Assembly (NCBI GenBank): GCA_002269645.1
Contig: NIVC01000352.1
Span: 124,001-188,000, forward strand
DNA: 64,000 nucleotides
From: Macrostomum lignano
Lineage: Eukaryota
Direction of reading: 5' to 3'
Shown piece by piece: positions 59,203 through 64,000 of this stretch. Under the pieces are notes generated by a model. The model was not told the DNA's origin. It was given only the letters and a program-made list of their open reading frames with translations, and searched no databases. Position numbers and translations under genes: made by a program. Position 1 is the first letter of the stretch. The number at the start of each line of letters is the position of its first letter.

Positions 59203-62200
59203 TCAGGAGCGCCGCTCCGGCACCAGACTCCACTGCATCAGCGAAGCGGCCTCTCTGTCCGTGACCAGCAGTCTGGAGTCGCCGAATGCGAACATCAAAT
59301 CGCGAACTGACGACACCAGAGCGTCGGAGGTCACGCACTGGCTCTGTATGGTGGTAGATTGGAAGGGTGGGGGTTTAAGCACAGGGCGGGTTCGTTTATA
59401 TACGAGCCACATACAGGGGTTAACAAACTCCGGCCAGCAGGCCACATGCGGCCCGACAAGCCTCTCTATTTGGCCTTTGGGTCTGTAGGAAATCCATAAT
59501 AGCAATCCAGCGCACTCAAGGTTCGTGTCTCTTCTCTGATATCTCCTCTCCTCTCCTCTTCCCTACTCTCCTCTCTCCTCTCCTCTCCTCTCCTCTCCTC
59601 TCCTCTCCTCTCCTCTCCTCTCCTCTCCTCTCCTCTCCTCTCCTCTCCTCTCCTCTCCTCTCCTCTCCTCTCCTCTCCTCTCCTCTCCTCTCCTCTCCTC
59701 TCCTCTCCTCTCCTCTCCTCTCCTATCCTCTCCTCTTCTCTCCCCTCCTCTCCTCTCCTCTCCTCTCCTCTCCTCTCCTCTCCTCTCCTCTCCTCTCCTC
59801 TCCTCTCCTCTCCTCTCCTATCCTATCTTATCCTATCCTATCCTATCCTCTCCTTTCCCTTCTCTTCTCTCCTCTCTTCTCCATTTTCCTCTCTCTTCTT
59901 CTCTCCCTTCTCTCCTCTCATTTCCCTTCTCCTCTCTTCTCTCCTCTCTCTACTCTTCTCTCCACTGATTTCTCATCTCTCTTCTCGTCTCCAGTGTGAG
60001 TTTTACATGTAAAAACCAAATGAAAAAGACAAGCCTTAATCTCGAGTCACCGATAATCACTCAGCTTAATCTGTAGCATCAACTAATAGTACGCTGCTAA
60101 AGTGCACGCCGTTTTTCAGGCTCCCTCTCCGGAATGGAACCCTGATTCTCCGTTACCCGTTATAACCATGGTAGGCAAATCACCTAAAACCATCGTAAGT
60201 TGATAGGGCAGACACTTGAAAGATACTTCGCCCGCGCAGAGGCCATACGATCAGCACAAAAGTTATCCAGAGTCACCACGCAGACGCGGCAAGCCCCGAT
60301 TGGTTTTGATCTAATAAATGCGCCCCTCCCGTGAGGTCAGGGCTTGTAAGCACGTAATAGCTCTAGATGTTCCACAGTTATCCGAGTAGGATGAGACAAT
60401 CTAAGGAACCATACATGTAGCTGATTTAATGAGCCATTCACGGTTTCACGCCATTTCATGCCATTCGCGGTTTCATGTAGAACTGACATATACAATGTTA
60501 ACTTATAAAACTTTAGCGGCGTACTATTAGTTGATGCTACAAATCACCCTTAACGAAGCTACTAAGGTATAATGAAACTTGATGTCTTGAGGGTGGGTTA
60601 CTTTTCGAAACGAGTCACAAATGTCTATGCTTCATTTGTACTCTATACTACGAGTAGTTGATCGCAATACCCTTTGATTGCATCGAAATGACCTTTTAAG
60701 GTTACCTCAAAGTAAACCATAATTTGTGGGATAGGGAAGTAAGGCCATTGCAAAATAACCCAGCCAGATGATATTCCTTCGTCTACCACTCAGCTTTGCT
60801 GGCTCACCTGTAGTGGATGCGTTGGATAGCGGAAGATGCTCACTTGTCCTGCGCTGTCGCCAGCACAGAGCAGGTCTCCGTGACCGGACAGGCACGAGGC
60901 TGTGATGCCAGTGTCTGAACTGGCTTGATGAAGCTGCCAAGCTGCAGCGTGATAGTAACTCAGTGAGCATGTCTCGGTGGAGAATCTCACGTTACTGACG
61001 GATTCCGCGCCAGGGACCTCAGACATGTTTGGCACCGACCCTGCGTGCAGAGTTAAAGCACCAGCGAACAGCTAGAAAGACTCGCGGCTTTTTGACTTGT
61101 AAACTCGACAAGAATCCAATTTTCATCACAGACTTACAGAATCTGACTTCCAAGTCCTCAGACTGACTTCGAAGGGTGGCTGAATCCACTGAAAAGTCCA
61201 GCCGGACCACCGGACTTGAGTGGCCGGTCAGAGTTCCTTGACGGTATTTTCGATAAACGAGTCCGTTGTCTTCGACAGACATCATGTAGATTCGCCCGTC
61301 GCTGGTGCCCAGGGCCAGCAGACGGCCGTCTTGGCAGCACGGAGTTGGGTTAGGCGGGTACTTTATAGACGCGTCTCATCTCAGGTTTGAAAACAAAACT
61401 TATTGAACTAAACAGAAGCGTCGAAGAAGGAAAGAACCTTGATGGCATCAATCATAACAGTCGCATTGCTGATTTTGATAGCTTTGTACGCTCGTATTCA
61501 AATTACTGTCAGCAACATTTTTCCATTACAAAGGAATTCCAAAGCATGTCACTTACTGCTGCTAAAACGGACGCACACAACGGCCTGGCCTCGTTCGGTG
61601 ACCTGACAGGATATGGCGTACTCCCCGCGCGCATGCTGCAGTGCCACTATCCGACCCGTGGCCGTGCCCAGCAGTAGCAGGTGGCCTCGAGGATGGTAGG
61701 CCGCGCTAGAGCAGGCGTCTTCGACGGCAACCCGCCAGACCAAGCGGCACTGACTGGCCGACCAACGGCAGACTGACATGTCGTCGTCGGCGCCGCCGCA
61801 GGTTGCCAGATCCGGCTCACTCGGATGGGCGCTCACAATCAAACCGTTAGCGTTTGAGGACGATTTATGACCCTGTTGTGCGAGTATTAATTCAAAAGGT
61901 AGAGATATGACCCCTTATTTTTTTAATGTAAAACTGTGCCGCACCTGTACAAGGCAGAAAAACTGATCGTGCAGAGAGCCCTCTAGGATGCAATTGCCAG
62001 TTGTGGCCACCACCAGCCGTCCGTCTAGACTACGCGGATGCTTCAGTGCCAATGCGGCAATGTCCTCCGAGACCTGGCCGCTGGTCTGAATTCAGAGAGT
62101 TATTTCAGGACCTATGTAAGTTCAGGACACCAGGGCACAACCAAGAGCAAAATCTGACGAATTACCAATGCCTCCTTGACATGACTGTAGCCATTCAGTG

Positions 62201-63994
62201 TGTCCCAGACGTGAATTCGCTTTGCCGACACCGAAATCAGAGCGCCATCGCCCAGAATGTACATGCATTGGATTGCCTCCTGTGTGAAGTTAGCATATAA
62301 ATTATACGAAAATTTATCGAATAGGCACATTAGCTAGAGTTAGTATTTTAATTTTAATTTTTAGTATAATATTTAGTATATCTAGATATTACACACCGAA
62401 TGCGCGTGATTCAGTCGTTCCACTGGTCTGAGCACGAATGCGTCATCTTGGTCGCGACACCACAGCTGCAGGCGGCCAGCCGAGTCCCCGGTTATTACGT
62501 TGCCGACAAGATCGAAGGCCACCGCCGTCACCTCGTCTTTCTGGCTTGGTGCCGCTGATCCAGGTGCAAACACACCGCTCTTTTTGTCGCGCAGTGCCCG
62601 GCTCCGGCCCGCACTGTCATGGAAGATGCGCCAGAAGCTCGGTCGCTCGGCGCCCACAGTCACGATTATTGAGTCGTCCTCCGGGTGGAACACAGCTCGA
62701 CTGATTTGATCTCGCGCAGTCTGCGACTTCAGCACCTCCCGACGGGCTGCCCAGTCAAAGACAGTCAACGTCTGTCGATGTCCGGGCGGCTTCGGCGAGT
62801 CCACAGCGAGCAGGTAAGCTCCGAGGCTTTCACCCGAAAATGAAATCGACGTGATGCCAGTCTGCAGATGCGGCTCGGACAAGACAACCCGAGTCTCCAG
62901 ACTCTCGGCGTCCCAGATGCGGATTTGGACTGGAGCTCCGGATCGGGATGCCGCCTGGCCAGAGGCGATGTAGGCATTCACAGGGTGGGCTGCGGCGCTG
63001 CGGATTTTTGGGTAAGCAGAGCGACTCAGTCTGGGTGTGGCCTAGGAGAAAAAGCCAAGCCAAGGCAAGTCATACCCGTACAGTACAACCGACAATAATA
63101 CAACCGACAATAATACAACGCAAATGCCTTGCTTTTCCTCAGTTCCAATCTCACGACCATCCTGGGTTCTTCGTCCTCAGATAATTCGCCAGGCGAGGGG
63201 CTTTCTAGGCTCTGCTAAAAACCAAGGCATAGACCCGAAGCTATCAAGACGTCAGTCGCTGACCCCTGAGCCCCTGATCACCCTCGCATCTTCGTCTCAG
63301 TGGCTGCATGGCTTCACTGCCCCACAACTTACCACGTGACCCGTGCAGTGTGCTCAGTGTAGTGCCTCTGCCGGTGCCGCTTTGAGTCCAGTAGGATCAG
63401 AACATTTCCGGAGGCGTACAGCAGGTCCCCGGTAGGCAGCGCCAGCAGGCCCGCCGAGCTATTGCAGCCGTAGACCCAATCCAATTGGAGAGACACGTCC
63501 GGTGGCTGCAGCTGTTGACGACTCGGCACTGTTGCTGTGGGAGCTGGGAAAGCTGGAAGTAGGGGGCGGTTGAGGGTGGAATGGGCAGCTGGAGCAAGTG
63601 CTTGTTGATGATGGTTGAAGTAAAAAAACAAGCAGCAGCTCACTGTGTAAGGTTCCGCGGATTCTGACGGTAGCGGCTGGAGGTTTCTGCATCGACTCGC
63701 GACCCGACAGCTGCGGGAGCTGCTGGAAGCTGCCAGTCTCTTCATCTTCACTGTTAACAGCGTCGCTGTCTTCTGCTGCTTCGTATCTGCCGGCTGTGAG
63801 ATGAGGGGCAAAACATAAAAAATAGCTGGCCCAGTGAAAACTAGCACAGTGCTTTCTGTTATATTAGAGAAACTCCATACCAACTGCCGGGCTCCTGTCT
63901 CCCAGTTGCTGCTGCTGCTGAACCTGAAGCTGCTCCTGCTGGAGTTGAAGCAGCCGCAGTCGCTGCTGCTCATCAAGCCGATTCTCCTCGCCAT
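59203..63994 (-). CDS. Echinoderm microtubule-associated protein-like (EML/EMAP) HELP-WD40 protein, multi-exon. Checked exons include ..-63333, 62997-62397, 62279-62166, ..-60808, 59343-59203
   Basis: HELP motif LQLDWVYG, HYTEH, CAAAHP..IASGQ..IRIWD, VFDW, ITGDSAG, GHSSPVVRLDFS, CAGDSAGQVSIFRYP, terminal SLMQWSLV. Splice phases are consistent where checked. The 5' end may extend beyond the window. Confidence 0.9.
59414..59990 (+). mobile_element. Partial hAT MITE left end followed by a (CTCCT)n microsatellite
   Basis: CAGGGGTTAACAAACTCCGGCC..GGCCACATGCGGCCC..GCCTCTCTAT matches 54983-55050; no right TIR found. Confidence 0.65.
60072..60541. mobile_element. Non-autonomous TIR element (TGT...ACA, Ginger-like) carrying an 18S rDNA fragment
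   Basis: 32-bp TIRs TGTAGCATCAACTAATAGTACGCTGCTAAAGT (60072-60103) and ACTTTAGCGGCGTACTATTAGTTGATGCTACA (60510-60541), 1 mismatch; 4-bp direct repeat AATC on both flanks. Confidence 0.8.
60105..60475 (-). pseudogene. 18S rRNA 5'-domain fragment (rDNA pseudogene)
   Basis: Minus strand reads GAAACCGCGAATGGC..CTCATTAAATCAGCTA..GGATAACTGTGG..CTAGAGCTA..GCATTTATTAGATCAAAACCAATC..GTCTGCCCTATCAACT..CCTACCATGGTTATAACGGGTAACGG..TCCGGAGAGGGAGCCTGA, i.e. conserved eukaryotic SSU sequence. It is partial, diverged and internally duplicated. Confidence 0.92.
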
Positions 63995-64000
63995 TGCGAG

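Noticed and set aside
60105-60475. Functional 18S rRNA gene
   Set aside because: Only ~370 bp, diverged, internally duplicated and enclosed by TIRs; treated as a pseudogene fragment.

Overview
Eukaryotic (metazoan) genomic DNA with GT-AG spliceosomal introns. About 19 kb (~30%) is intronic or intergenic mini/microsatellite, which explains most of the long ORFs in the ORF track. The repeat landscape and LINE type suggest a free-living flatworm such as Macrostomum; this is inference only. Genes reconstructed by hand, with splice phases checked: (1) a G-protein alpha subunit (G12/13-like, 5'-truncated) carrying natural substitutions at the catalytic Gln, the RGS-contact Gly and the P-loop; (2) a 7-exon, highly divergent Rel-homology (NF-kB/NFAT-type) transcription factor on the minus strand with one apparent 1-nt frameshift; (3) ceramide glucosyltransferase; (4) an unidentified RRxS-rich gene; (5) a single-exon neuropeptide precursor with 9 copies of FSS(P/L)GTYDW; (6) a 15-exon SCYL2-like pseudokinase; (7) a small ankyrin-repeat protein; (8) an EMAP-like (EML) WD40 gene. 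Mobile DNA includes an RTE-like LINE fragment, tRNA-derived SINEs (one CORE-type), hAT MITEs, a minisatellite-carrying element, and a TGT...ACA TIR element with a 4-bp TSD that has captured an 18S rDNA fragment. Top leads: the divergent Rel-like factor, the putative GTPase-dead/RGS-insensitive G-alpha, the rDNA-capturing transposon and the neuropeptide precursor.
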